Below are positions 1 through 8,714 of a stretch of 64,000 nt of DNA, piece by piece (positions within the stretch are counted from its first letter, which is position 1; every line of letters starts with the position of its first letter). The DNA comes from an uncultured Clostridia bacterium. GTDB lineage: Bacteria > Bacillota > Clostridia > Christensenellales > UBA1242. The stretch is taken from positions 54,958 through 118,957 of the forward strand of contig CAKVLQ010000002.1 of NCBI GenBank assembly GCA_934757845.1, in the 5' to 3' direction. Made by a program: the position numbers and the translations under genes. The notes beneath the pieces are model-generated. The model had not been told where the DNA came from. It saw only the letters and a list, made by a program, of their open reading frames with translations, and ran no database searches.

Positions 1-84
1 CCAACAAGTTTTGTGAACAAACTTTGTTTAACACCGCAGACTTTTTTGAAACAAACAAAGGAGGGAACAACTAATGGAATATGA
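1..84 (+). CDS. 3' end of an upstream ORF running into the window (position fits gatA, unverified)
   Basis: Frame 1 is open from base 1 to TGA at 82-84, overlapping the gatB ATG (ATGGAATATGA). Too short to identify by sequence. Confidence 0.25.
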   Translation, partial: PTSFVNKLCLTPQTFLKQTKEGTTNGI

Positions 85-1507
85 AGCAGTTATTGGTCTT
101 GAAATTCACAGCGAATTAAAAACCAAAACAAAAAATTTTTGCAGTTGTCAAAATAAATTTGGTGCAAGCCCAAACAGCAAAGTTTGCCCAGTTTGTTTGG
201 GGCTTCCAGGGGCACTTCCAGTTCCAAACAAAAAAGCGTTTGAATATTGCATAAAAGCCGGGCTTTCGTTTGAATGCGACATTAACGACATGGCAATTTT
301 TGAACGAAAAAACTATTTCTATCCCGACCTTCCAAAGTCATATCAAATTTCGCAACTTGAAAAGCCAATTTGCTTGGGTGGAAAAATTGTTTTTGATGAC
401 GAAAACGGAAATGAAAAGTTTATAAGATTAAACAGAATACACCTTGAAGAAGACGCAGGAAAGTTGGTTCACGACAGCACATTAAACGCAAGTTTGGTTG
501 ATTTTAACCGTTGCAGTGTTCCACTTATTGAAATTGTAACCGAACCAGATATAAGGTCAAGCAGTGAAGCCGTTAAGGTTTTGGAAACAATAAAAGAAAC
601 ATTAAAATATATTGATGTGTCTGATTGCAAAATGCAAGAAGGCAGTTTAAGATGCGATGTTAATGTTTCTGTTCGTGAAAAAGGTTCAAAAAATCTTAAT
701 AACCGAACCGAAATGAAAAACCTTTCAAGTTTCAAAGCAGTTCAAAGGGCGATAGACTATGAAATTGCAAGGCAAATTAAACTTTATGAAAGTGGCAAGC
801 CTGTTATAACTCAAACTTTAAGGTGGGACGATGAACTTGGCGAAAATTTTGGTTTAAGAAGCAAAGAAGGAAGCAATGATTATAAATATTTTCCAGACCC
901 AGATTTGTTGAATATAAAAATTGATAAAGATTATGTTGATGATATAAAACAAAATCTTGCAAGGCTTCCAAGAGTAAGACGAAAAGAATACACCCAAAAA
1001 CTTGGTCTTCCAGATTATGACGCAAAAGTTTTAACAAATGACAAAAAAATTAGCGACTTTTTTGAAGCATCAATAAAAGGTTTTAACAATCCAAAACAAG
1101 TATCAAACTTTATCATGAGCGATATTTTAAGACTAATGAAACAAAATGAACTTAATTTGGAAGAAAATATTACAATTTCTGTTGACAATTTTGTAAATTT
1201 GCTTAAAATGTTAGATAGAAAAGAAATAACCCGAACAGCGGCAACAACAATTCTTGAAAATGTTTTTGAAACAAACGAAGATGTTAATGTGTGTGCTGAA
1301 AGGCTAAACTTAAAAATTTCAGACAACACAGATGAAATTGTTGAAGTTGTAAAACAAATTATTCAAAACAACCCACAAGCCGTTTCCGATTATAAAGGCG
1401 GAAATGAACGAACAATGACATTCTTTATGGGTCAAGTTATGAAAGCCTTAAAAGGCAAAGCAAAACCCGATGTTGTTACAAAAATTTTGAAAGAGAATTT
1501 AATTTAA
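74..1507 (+). CDS. gatB: Asp/Glu-tRNA amidotransferase subunit B
   Basis: GGAGG RBS upstream. N-terminus MEYEAVIGLEIHSEL and full-length GatB-like sequence with a C-terminal YqeY-like tail. Confidence 0.95.
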   Translation: MEYEAVIGLEIHSELKTKTKNFCSCQNKFGASPNSKVCPVCLGLPGALPVPNKKAFEYCIKAGLSFECDINDMAIFERKNYFYPDLPKSYQISQLEKPICLGGKIVFDDENGNEKFIRLNRIHLEEDAGKLVHDSTLNASLVDFNRCSVPLIEIVTEPDIRSSSEAVKVLETIKETLKYIDVSDCKMQEGSLRCDVNVSVREKGSKNLNNRTEMKNLSSFKAVQRAIDYEIARQIKLYESGKPVITQTLRWDDELGENFGLRSKEGSNDYKYFPDPDLLNIKIDKDYVDDIKQNLARLPRVRRKEYTQKLGLPDYDAKVLTNDKKISDFFEASIKGFNNPKQVSNFIMSDILRLMKQNELNLEENITISVDNFVNLLKMLDRKEITRTAATTILENVFETNEDVNVCAERLNLKISDNTDEIVEVVKQIIQNNPQAVSDYKGGNERTMTFFMGQVMKALKGKAKPDVVTKILKENLI

Positions 1508-1518
1508 GGAGATTTTAT

Positions 1519-1710
1519 ATGTTATTAGAACCACCAGTAGAAGAATTGGTTGATATTGTTGGAAACAAATATAAACTTTGCAACCTAACTGCAAGAAGAG
1601 CAAACGAAATTCAAAAAAAGAATTTGCTTGAAAATGTTGAATGTCATGAAAATGAACTTTCAATAGCAGCCGAAGAAGTTTACACAAAAAAAGTTGTTCC
1701 ACAAGATTAG
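1519..1710 (+). CDS. rpoZ: DNA-directed RNA polymerase subunit omega
   Basis: 63 aa. The stretch NKYKLCNLTARRANEI is typical of omega. AAGGAG RBS. Confidence 0.85.
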   Translation: MLLEPPVEELVDIVGNKYKLCNLTARRANEIQKKNLLENVECHENELSIAAEEVYTKKVVPQD

Positions 1711-1719
1711 TTTTTTGCT

Positions 1720-3972
1720 ATGATATGTGAAGTTATTGTTGACATTGCTTCTTCACCAGTTGACAGAATTTTTGACTATAATTTTTCAACCGACCTAAAC
1801 CTTAAAATCGGTCAACGAGTTCTTGTTCCGTTTGGAAACAGACAAATTGAAGGCTATGTTCTTGGTTTTAAAGAAAATTCAAATCTTGATTCATCTAAAC
1901 TTAAAAGCGTAATAAAAAGTTTAGATGATTTTTCATATCTAAACGATGAAACAATCGCATTAATGCAGTTTATGATAAAAACATATAATCTTCGTTATGC
2001 TGATTGTTTAAGGCTTTTTGTGCCTAATGTTATAAGAAAGAATGTTAAAGAAAAATATACAAAATATGTTAAACTTTGCGATAATTTTGAAAAAGATAGA
2101 TTAGGTTTTAACATAAACAATTCTTCCGCACAAAACCAAACAGATAATAAAACACACATAAAAAAAATAAACGAAAAACAAGCAAAAATCATTGAATTTT
2201 TAATGAAAAATTCGCCATTTAAGTTAAGTGAACTTAATGTTTTGTTTTCTTCGCAAAGCATAAAAACGCTAATTAAAAATGGTATAATTCAAACTTTTGA
2301 AGTTTTGGATAAACGAAGCCCATATTTGGGATTAAGTCAAAACAACAAAAAAACTGAAATTGTTTTAACAGATGCTCAACAAAATGCGGTTGACACCATA
2401 ATACAAAATCCACAAAACACATTTTTGCTTTTTGGCGTAACTGCAAGCGGGAAAACCGAAGTGTATATAAAAGTTATTGAGCATTGTTTAAGATTGGGGA
2501 AAACCGCATTATTGCTTGTTCCTGAAATTGGCTTAACGCCACAACTTTTCAAGCGCTTTACAACCGTTTTTGGGGATAATGTTGCAATTATTCACAGTGG
2601 ATTATCGCAGGGTGAAAAACTTGACGAGTGGCTAAAAATTAAGCGGGGAGAGGCAAAAGTGGTTATAGGGGCTCGAAGTGCAATATTCGCTCCGCTTGAA
2701 AATATTGGAGTTATAATAATTGACGAAGAACACGACACAAGTTATTATTCCGAAACAAATCCTCGTTATTACGCCAAAGATGTGGCAGAATTTAGGGCAA
2801 AATTCAATAACGCAAGTTTAATTCTTGGCAGTGCCACACCTTCAATCGAAACCTATTATTTGGCAAAACAAGGACAAATTAAACTTATCGAAATGAAACA
2901 GCGGGCAGTTGCAAAAAAACTTCCAGACATTTTTATTGTTGACATGATGAAAGAATTAAGAATGGGCAACACAAGTATGTTTTCAAAACTTTTGCAACTA
3001 AAACTTAAAGAGTGTTTAAACAAAAACCAGCAAGCCTTAATTTTTTTGAACAGGCGGGGTTACACTTCTTTTTTAAGATGCCTTGATTGTGGATATGTTC
3101 CAAAATGCGAAGATTGTGATGTTAGTTTGGTTTATCACAAAGAAGACGAAAAATTGAAATGCCATTATTGCGGAAATAGATATAAAGTTTTAACAAAATG
3201 CCCACAATGTGGAAGCACCAACATTCGTTTGGGTGCGGTTGGAACCCAGCAAGTGGTTGAAAAACTTGAACAAATTTTTCCAAATGTTAAAGTTTTTAGA
3301 ATGGATAACGACTCAACCACCACAAAAGATTCGGCAACAAACATAATTGAGCAATTCAACAACACAAAACCAGCAATTTTGGTTGGAACGCAAATGATAA
3401 GCAAAGGTCATAACTTTAATGGCGTAAGTTTGGTTGGAATTATTGATGCCGATTTAAGTTTGCATTATGCAGATTTTAGGTCAACCGACCGAACTTTCAA
3501 TTTGCTAACGCAAGTGGCAGGCAGGGCAGGGCGAACAAATCTTGATGGTGAAGTGGTTTTGCAAACTTATATGCCCAGGCATTTTGCTTATGCGTGTGTT
3601 TGCTCAAACAACTATGAAAAATTTTTTGAAAAAGAAATAAATTTAAGAAAAGTTACAAAATTCCCACCATTTTCAAAAATTGTTAGAGTTTTGGCAACAA
3701 GTGAAGATGACGAAAAAGTTAAAGAGTTTGTTCAAAATTTCTATCAAAAAGTGGTTGATATAAAAAACCAAAATTTGCCCGCATTTGTTTATGTTGGGGC
3801 AATGAAAAGCCCAGTTAAACGAGCCAAAAAGCAATATAGATATCAAATTTTGATGCGATTAAATAACGATTATGCCGATGAAATTATTTCAAAATTGTTT
3901 GAAATTAACAAAGAACTTTATAACAAAAATGTTACAAGTTTTGTTGAACTTGACCCACAAAATTTAAGTTAA
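1720..3972 (+). CDS. priA: primosomal replication restart helicase PriA
   Basis: Walker A GVTASGKTEVY, DEEH box IIIDEEHD, and paired CxxC zinc motifs (CLDCG..CEDCD..CHYCG..CPQCG). Confidence 0.92.
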   Translation: MICEVIVDIASSPVDRIFDYNFSTDLNLKIGQRVLVPFGNRQIEGYVLGFKENSNLDSSKLKSVIKSLDDFSYLNDETIALMQFMIKTYNLRYADCLRLFVPNVIRKNVKEKYTKYVKLCDNFEKDRLGFNINNSSAQNQTDNKTHIKKINEKQAKIIEFLMKNSPFKLSELNVLFSSQSIKTLIKNGIIQTFEVLDKRSPYLGLSQNNKKTEIVLTDAQQNAVDTIIQNPQNTFLLFGVTASGKTEVYIKVIEHCLRLGKTALLLVPEIGLTPQLFKRFTTVFGDNVAIIHSGLSQGEKLDEWLKIKRGEAKVVIGARSAIFAPLENIGVIIIDEEHDTSYYSETNPRYYAKDVAEFRAKFNNASLILGSATPSIETYYLAKQGQIKLIEMKQRAVAKKLPDIFIVDMMKELRMGNTSMFSKLLQLKLKECLNKNQQALIFLNRRGYTSFLRCLDCGYVPKCEDCDVSLVYHKEDEKLKCHYCGNRYKVLTKCPQCGSTNIRLGAVGTQQVVEKLEQIFPNVKVFRMDNDSTTTKDSATNIIEQFNNTKPAILVGTQMISKGHNFNGVSLVGIIDADLSLHYADFRSTDRTFNLLTQVAGRAGRTNLDGEVVLQTYMPRHFAYACVCSNNYEKFFEKEINLRKVTKFPPFSKIVRVLATSEDDEKVKEFVQNFYQKVVDIKNQNLPAFVYVGAMKSPVKRAKKQYRYQILMRLNNDYADEIISKLFEINKELYNKNVTSFVELDPQNLS

Positions 3973-4291
3973 TCCTAACTTTTTCAACTAAAAAAGTTAC
4001 AAAAAGGTTTGGTGGTTGCAATTCACCCAAACTTAAGGATAAAATTATTTGAAATTGATAATGTATTAAAATTATTATTTTTAATTAATAACAAAACAAT
4101 CAATAAAAAGGATAAAAATATATAATAACTTATTTTATATAAAATAATAAATCAATAAAAAAAATTGCATTGGCAATAAATAAAATTTTAAAAAAATTTG
4201 AAAACTCAAAAAAATTTTGCACTTTTGAAAAAATTAAAAAAAGAAAATAATCAAAAAAATTAAAAAAATTTTAAAAAAATGTGAAATATGC

Positions 4292-4321
4292 TTGACAAAA
4301 AATAGCGAAATATGGCATGAT
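4292..4321 (+). promoter_or_regulatory. candidate sigma-A promoter of the TasA-like gene leader
   Basis: TTGACA at 4292-4297, an 18-nt spacer, then TGgCATGAT (extended -10-like) ending at 4321. Confidence 0.35.
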
Positions 4322-4365
4322 TTTTAATGGATAGTAGATAATACTATAAACACGAAAAATAATAC

Positions 4366-4400
4366 ACGCTCTGGTTGACCACGCTCTGGTTGACCACGCG
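4366..4400 (+). repeat. perfect tandem 15-mer ACGCTCTGGTTGACC x2 plus a partial third copy (ACGCG)
   Basis: Read directly: copies at 4366-4380 and 4381-4395. Each copy carries GGTTGACC, which is complementary to GGTCAACC at 4432-4439. Confidence 0.95.
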
Positions 4401-4430
4401 ATTTAAGTGGAAGTATAAACTTTTTAAAAA

Positions 4431-4465
4431 GGGTCAACCTAAATTAGGCTGACTTTTTTGTTTTT
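4431..4465 (+). terminator. intrinsic terminator inside the 5' leader (attenuator candidate)
   Basis: Stem GTCAACCT/AGGCTGAC (7 bp, one mismatch) with a 5-nt loop, followed by TTTTTTGTTTTT. It lies 60 nt upstream of the 4525 start. Confidence 0.6.
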
Positions 4466-4524
4466 AATATTAATCCAAAACAAAAAGGCTCCAAGGGCAA
4501 AAAGCGTCATAAAAGGAGTTTTGT

Positions 4525-5802
4525 ATGGGAAAAAGAAAATTAAATTCAAAAACAAAATATGTTTCACTAATTTTGGTTTTTGCCTTGGTTGCAATCTCGT
4601 GCTTGTCTTGGATAACTTATGCATGGTTCACCGACAGAAAAGATTTTTCAGGCAATTTAACCTTTGGCACAGTTGAACTTGATGTTAGTGGCACAGGTGT
4701 TGACAACACAACAAAAAAACTAAAATTTTCAACCACAAGAAATGATTCAACATGGACAGGCAACATTATGCCGGGCGATACAATAAACATTCCGCTAACA
4801 ATAAGCTTAACCAGCACAAGTGAAGATGCTTATTATATTGTTCAAATTTCAGACGATAAAAATATATTTGAAAATGCTTATTATTACAGCCAAAACGGAA
4901 CAGATGTTTATGTAAATAACGGTTCAACAATAACAAAACAAGGCACAACAACCACAGTTACAAGCCCCGTAGTTGGCAAACTTTTGAAAGGCACAAGCGG
5001 GCATAATATAACAATAGGTGCAAAAATAAGTGAAGACTTTGAACAAAAAGGCATTTCCACAACAATCGAATGCAATATTTATGCAATTCAAGTTGCGAAC
5101 CTAACAGAAGCCGATGCATATATTCTTTTAAACAAAGAAGCAACAACCGTGGCACATTTTATAACTGGATGGCAATCAGCGATTGCAAATGTGGCTAATT
5201 TTACCACAATTGGATTTTATGAAAAAGGTAGTCAACCAGCAACCACTACATTTAATAGTGAACTAACAACATCATATAACAATGCGGTTACAAATGAAGC
5301 AGACAAAAACCTTATTGAAGTTTACACAAACGGAACAACAGAACTAGCATTTGTTAGTGAATACAAAATTTATGCACCAGAGAATTGTAAGTATTTGTTT
5401 GGGTGGAATATTCCATTGGGTATTGGTTTTTTGAAATGTGAGATATTTGAGTTTGAAAACTTTTATACGAATAAAGTAACTGATATGAGTTCTATGTTTT
5501 ACACAAATCGAAATGTGAAAAGCATAGATTTGAGTAATTTTAACACAGAAAATGTTGAAACAATGAGTAGTATGTTTAAAGCGTGTGGTGATAGTTTGAC
5601 TAGTCTTGATTTATCGAGTTTTAACACAACAAAAGTTAGTGATTTTGACGATATGCTTGGCAATTGCAACGGTTTGACTAGAGTAGATATACCTTTAAAG
5701 TTCACAAACAAAGGAACTGCTTTCACAAAAGCAACTTTATGTGAGACGACAGGTTTGTCAACCAGTGTGGCGGTTTATCGTGATGGAGAGTTGTTGGCAT
5801 AG
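4525..5802 (+). CDS. secreted protein: TasA/camelysin-type (SipW-class) signal peptide and N-domain fused to BspA/DUF285-type leucine-rich repeats
   Basis: AAAGGAG RBS. N-terminus is basic, then a TM segment, then YAWFTDRKDFSGNLTFGTVELDV (the AxFTD...GT..L motif of TasA/M73 family signals). C-terminal repeats: VTDMSSMF..IDLSNFNTENVETMSSMF..LDLSSFNTTKVSDFDDML. Confidence 0.6.
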   Translation: MGKRKLNSKTKYVSLILVFALVAISCLSWITYAWFTDRKDFSGNLTFGTVELDVSGTGVDNTTKKLKFSTTRNDSTWTGNIMPGDTINIPLTISLTSTSEDAYYIVQISDDKNIFENAYYYSQNGTDVYVNNGSTITKQGTTTTVTSPVVGKLLKGTSGHNITIGAKISEDFEQKGISTTIECNIYAIQVANLTEADAYILLNKEATTVAHFITGWQSAIANVANFTTIGFYEKGSQPATTTFNSELTTSYNNAVTNEADKNLIEVYTNGTTELAFVSEYKIYAPENCKYLFGWNIPLGIGFLKCEIFEFENFYTNKVTDMSSMFYTNRNVKSIDLSNFNTENVETMSSMFKACGDSLTSLDLSSFNTTKVSDFDDMLGNCNGLTRVDIPLKFTNKGTAFTKATLCETTGLSTSVAVYRDGELLA

Positions 5803-5894
5803 CAAACTTATAAGTTTGATTGCAAAATGCGTGCAACAAATTTGCAAACTCTTGCAAAGGGCAAGGGGGAACTTTATTAAATTTAATAATTTTG

Positions 5895-5935
5895 AAAAAC
5901 GGAAAGGTTATAAAACAATCTTTCCGTTTTTTTTT
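5895..5935. terminator. bidirectional intrinsic terminator between convergent genes
   Basis: Stem CGGAAAG/CTTTCCG, flanked by an A-run upstream and a T-run downstream. Confidence 0.7.
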
Positions 5936-5936
5936 G

Positions 5937-6164
5937 TTATTTAAAAAGCCAAATCAAAAATAAAAGTTTGCAGCACTCGTTTTTTTTGATGCAAGGCTTT
6001 GGTTTGCATTTTGGTTTGCAAGGAATGTAAGGTGCATCAATAACAGTTGTTTTTCGCTTTTTTGGCTGTATAACTTCAATAAAAAGTTCATTGCTTTTAT
6101 AGGTTTGCAAAACGCCATCTATTTTGCTTGTAACCTCTGACTGAAATTTTAAATATTTTTTCAT
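5937..6164 (-). CDS. small protein with a Cys/Lys/Pro-rich C-terminus, translationally coupled to the DUF11 gene
   Basis: Its ATG overlaps the upstream TGA (ATGA at 6161-6164). The tail reads PCKPKCKPKPCIKKNECCKLL. No homolog recognised. Confidence 0.45.
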   Translation of the reverse strand: MKKYLKFQSEVTSKIDGVLQTYKSNELFIEVIQPKKRKTTVIDAPYIPCKPKCKPKPCIKKNECCKLLFLIWLFK

Positions 6165-6928
6165 AGTTTAACAAGCACATCAAAAGTAACATTAATTTCA
6201 TCGTTTGGATTAAGGTTAGAAATGGCAAAACCTTTTGTTGGGTCCAATTCTTCTCGTGGGGTATTATCAATTTTAACGCTTTCAGCAACAAATTCTGTGC
6301 CTTCTGGAAGGTCGTCTTTAAACACAACATCAGTGTTAACAATAGAGCCGTCATTTGTTATTAAGTTAACAAAAGTTATTGTTTGACCTTTTATTACGGC
6401 TTTTTTGTTTGCAGTTTTTGTAATTGACAAACTTTGATTTAAAATGTTAAGTGCCACAACGTTTGAGTTTTCTTGAAAAACAAGATTGTCGGCTTCATAA
6501 TTAATCACGGCAACCATATTAACAACATCAGTTGTTGGCTCTTCTTTAATTTCAACATCAAATGTGATTTTTGCACTAGAATTTGGTGAAATATCACTGG
6601 GCAAGTTAAAACCTGTTACAATATCAAAGTTTGCATAACTAACATCGTCAATTTTAACCGAACCAGCCTTAAATGTTCCTTCATCAGAAATAGTTTCTTT
6701 AACATTAACATTCGTTATTACAAGTTCACTTTCGTTAGTAAGTGTTAGCGTTTGCGTGATAGTTTCACCTTTCATAACATTCATTTTTGGCGAAGTTTGC
6801 TGTTTTAAAAACGATGTTGTCATGTTTGTGGTTGAAGAAACATTGCTTAATGTTGTGGCTTCCATAATTGAACTGTCTGGTAGTTGATATTTTGATGTGA
6901 TTTGAGATTGATTATCAATTTTTGACAT
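6161..6928 (-). CDS. DUF11 (conserved repeat domain) protein with two Ig-like repeats and no signal peptide
   Basis: AAAGGAGAAA RBS before the ATG at 6928 (the track ORF extends to 6973). Repeat signatures: GETITQTLTLTNESELVITNVNV and LSITKTANKKAVIKGQTITFVNLITNDGSIVNTDVVFKDDLPEGTEFV. Confidence 0.6.
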   Translation of the reverse strand: MSKIDNQSQITSKYQLPDSSIMEATTLSNVSSTTNMTTSFLKQQTSPKMNVMKGETITQTLTLTNESELVITNVNVKETISDEGTFKAGSVKIDDVSYANFDIVTGFNLPSDISPNSSAKITFDVEIKEEPTTDVVNMVAVINYEADNLVFQENSNVVALNILNQSLSITKTANKKAVIKGQTITFVNLITNDGSIVNTDVVFKDDLPEGTEFVAESVKIDNTPREELDPTKGFAISNLNPNDEINVTFDVLVKL

Positions 6929-7117
6929 AATTTCTCCTTTGTAGCGTAAGGCTATTTTAATAGTTGCCAGCATGACTAAATGTGTTTACCGGTAACTATA
7001 GAATTTTAAACGGGGAAGTGTAAACATAAAATTTTGCAAGTTGATAGCATAAAATTTGAATTTCTTTCAAAATATACTCCCGATAGTCTATTTTATGGAA
7101 AAAATTTTTTTTGTGTT

Positions 7118-7148
7118 AAAAAAAAGCCCACGGATAATTTCCGCAGGC
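7118..7148 (-). terminator. intrinsic terminator of the 7165-7656 gene
   Basis: On the minus-strand RNA: GCCUGCGG-AAAUUAU-CCGUGGGC followed by U8. The two G-U pairs work only on the minus strand. Confidence 0.6.
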
Positions 7149-7164
7149 CATTTATTTTAAAATG

Positions 7165-7656
7165 TTAGTTTAAAACATAACCACAATAAGGGCAGTTTGT
7201 TTTTTCATTTCCAACAACTTCAACTTTTGCACCACAACCATTGCACATAACTGTTTGTTTCAAAATTTCGGCTTTTGAAAGAGTTTTGTTTTGGCTTTTA
7301 ACAACATATTTTTTATCAATAATTTCATAACCAGTTAAATATCTTTTTGAAATTAAGTGGTTAACCACACTTACCATTGTGTCAACATTTTTGTTGTTCA
7401 AACTTGCAAGTTTGTCAATTTCTTGAATGTTATCAAGCACAATTTGGTCACGAATAGATTTTTTAATTTTCATTTCGCCATAGTTTATCCACAAAATTGG
7501 GCAACCATAAAACCCCATAACGCACAAAATAATTCCGCAAACAAGGATAGCAGTGGAAGATTTTGCACCCAAAATAATCATAACAATTCCGCAAGGAAGC
7601 ATGATTGAAAATAATATTGAATAAATCAATAACCAAGTAACTCGTCTGTTTAACAT
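7165..7656 (-). CDS. membrane protein with two TM helices and a C-terminal zinc ribbon
   Basis: Hydrophobic N-terminal third. The C-terminus carries CNGCGAKVEV...CPYCGY. No family recognised. Confidence 0.5.
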   Translation of the reverse strand: MLNRRVTWLLIYSILFSIMLPCGIVMIILGAKSSTAILVCGIILCVMGFYGCPILWINYGEMKIKKSIRDQIVLDNIQEIDKLASLNNKNVDTMVSVVNHLISKRYLTGYEIIDKKYVVKSQNKTLSKAEILKQTVMCNGCGAKVEVVGNEKTNCPYCGYVLN

Positions 7657-7953
7657 AATATAATTATATTCAAAATAGTAAAAAAAGTAAAGAAAAAATA
7701 TAAATAAAATTTATATTAAAAAATTGACATATAAACAATCATATATTTAAAATGTTTTTAGAGTTCTATTTGCGTCAAAAAAATGGAAAAATAAAAATTA
7801 TTCTAGCCATTAATTAATTGTTTATTTCCTAAAATGTTTATAAAATTATATTAGCAATCAAATAAAAATTAATCGTAAAACCAAAAAAAAGAAAAACATA
7901 TAAAAAAGATTAAGAGCAAGACAAAAAAAGATAAATCACAAAACTTATATTTG

Positions 7954-7982
7954 TTGACAGAAAGGCATTAATGTGATAAACT
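7954..7982 (+). promoter_or_regulatory. sigma-A promoter of tRNA-Arg
   Basis: TTGACA, a 17-nt spacer, then TGaTAAACT (extended -10). The predicted TSS falls a few nt before the tRNA 5' end. Confidence 0.5.
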
Positions 7983-7991
7983 ATAATAGTT

Positions 7992-8067
7992 GACCTCATA
8001 GTAAAACTGGATATTACGGAGCCCTCCTAAGGCTTTGTTCTGGGTTCGAGTCCCGGTGGGGTCACCA
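7992..8067 (+). tRNA. tRNA-Arg (anticodon CCT), CCA encoded
   Basis: Folded manually. Acceptor GACCTCA/TGGGGTC, anticodon stem GAGCC/GGCTT with loop CTCCTAA, T-arm GGGTTCGAGTCCC, 3' ACCA. Length 76 nt. Confidence 0.85.
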
Positions 8068-8074
8068 AGGAACG

Positions 8075-8107
8075 AAAGGAAAGTCTTATTGGCTTTTCTT
8101 TTTGTTT
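8075..8107 (+). terminator. terminator-like hairpin after the tRNA
   Basis: Stem AAAGGAAAG/CTTTTCTTT (9 bp, one G-U) with a 9-nt loop and a T-rich tail. Confidence 0.4.
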
Positions 8108-8261
8108 ACAATGAAATTGAACTTTGGGTTTATGTAGTTATTAATTGATAATTGCTAATGCAAAAATTAAGTGTAAATTTTTATCAATTTTAAAACAATA
8201 TTAAAAAAATTAATGCAAATATTAAAAAAGTATGTTATAATATATTGTTATAGGAGATTTT

Positions 8262-8714
8262 ATGGCTTTAAGAAACATAGTTTATAGTGATGACAGTTTA
8301 ATAAGAAAGAAAAGCAAGGTTGTAACCGAATTTGACGAAAACCTTGATATTTTGCTTGATGATATGAAAGAAACAATGCGTCATAATGACGGCGTTGGTC
8401 TTGCTGCGGTTCAGGTTGGCGTTTTAAAAAGAGTTGTTGTTATTGAAGCGTGCGGGCAATATTTTGAATTAATCAACCCAAAAATTTTAAGTCAAGAAGG
8501 CTCTCAATGTGGTGTTGAAGGTTGTTTGAGTGTTAAAAATATTACTGGTGAAGTTATAAGACCAAACAAAATAACTGTTAATGCTCAAAATCGTTATGGC
8601 GACAATATGGTTTTTACTCTTGAAGGTTTGCTTGCTGTTGTTGTTTGTCATGAAGTTGACCACCTTGACGGAATTTTGTTTATTGACAAAATGATAAAAA
8701 AAGTTGAAAAATAA
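8262..8714 (+). CDS. def: peptide deformylase
   Basis: Motifs GVGLAAVQVG, EGCLS and HEVDHLDG. AGGAG RBS. Confidence 0.95.
   Translation: MALRNIVYSDDSLIRKKSKVVTEFDENLDILLDDMKETMRHNDGVGLAAVQVGVLKRVVVIEACGQYFELINPKILSQEGSQCGVEGCLSVKNITGEVIRPNKITVNAQNRYGDNMVFTLEGLLAVVVCHEVDHLDGILFIDKMIKKVEK

Noticed and set aside
4458-4676. 72-aa ORF overlapping the leader terminator and the start of the TasA-like gene.
   Set aside because: It begins inside the terminator T-run and has no RBS. The 4525 ORF has an AAAGGAG RBS and a recognisable signal peptide.
7992-8067. tRNA-Arg as the attachment site of an integrated element carrying the 4525-7656 genes.
   Set aside because: The accessory genes lie upstream of the tRNA 5' end rather than beyond its 3' end. 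No integrase is present, and I found no duplicate of the tRNA 3' half at the priA-proximal edge.
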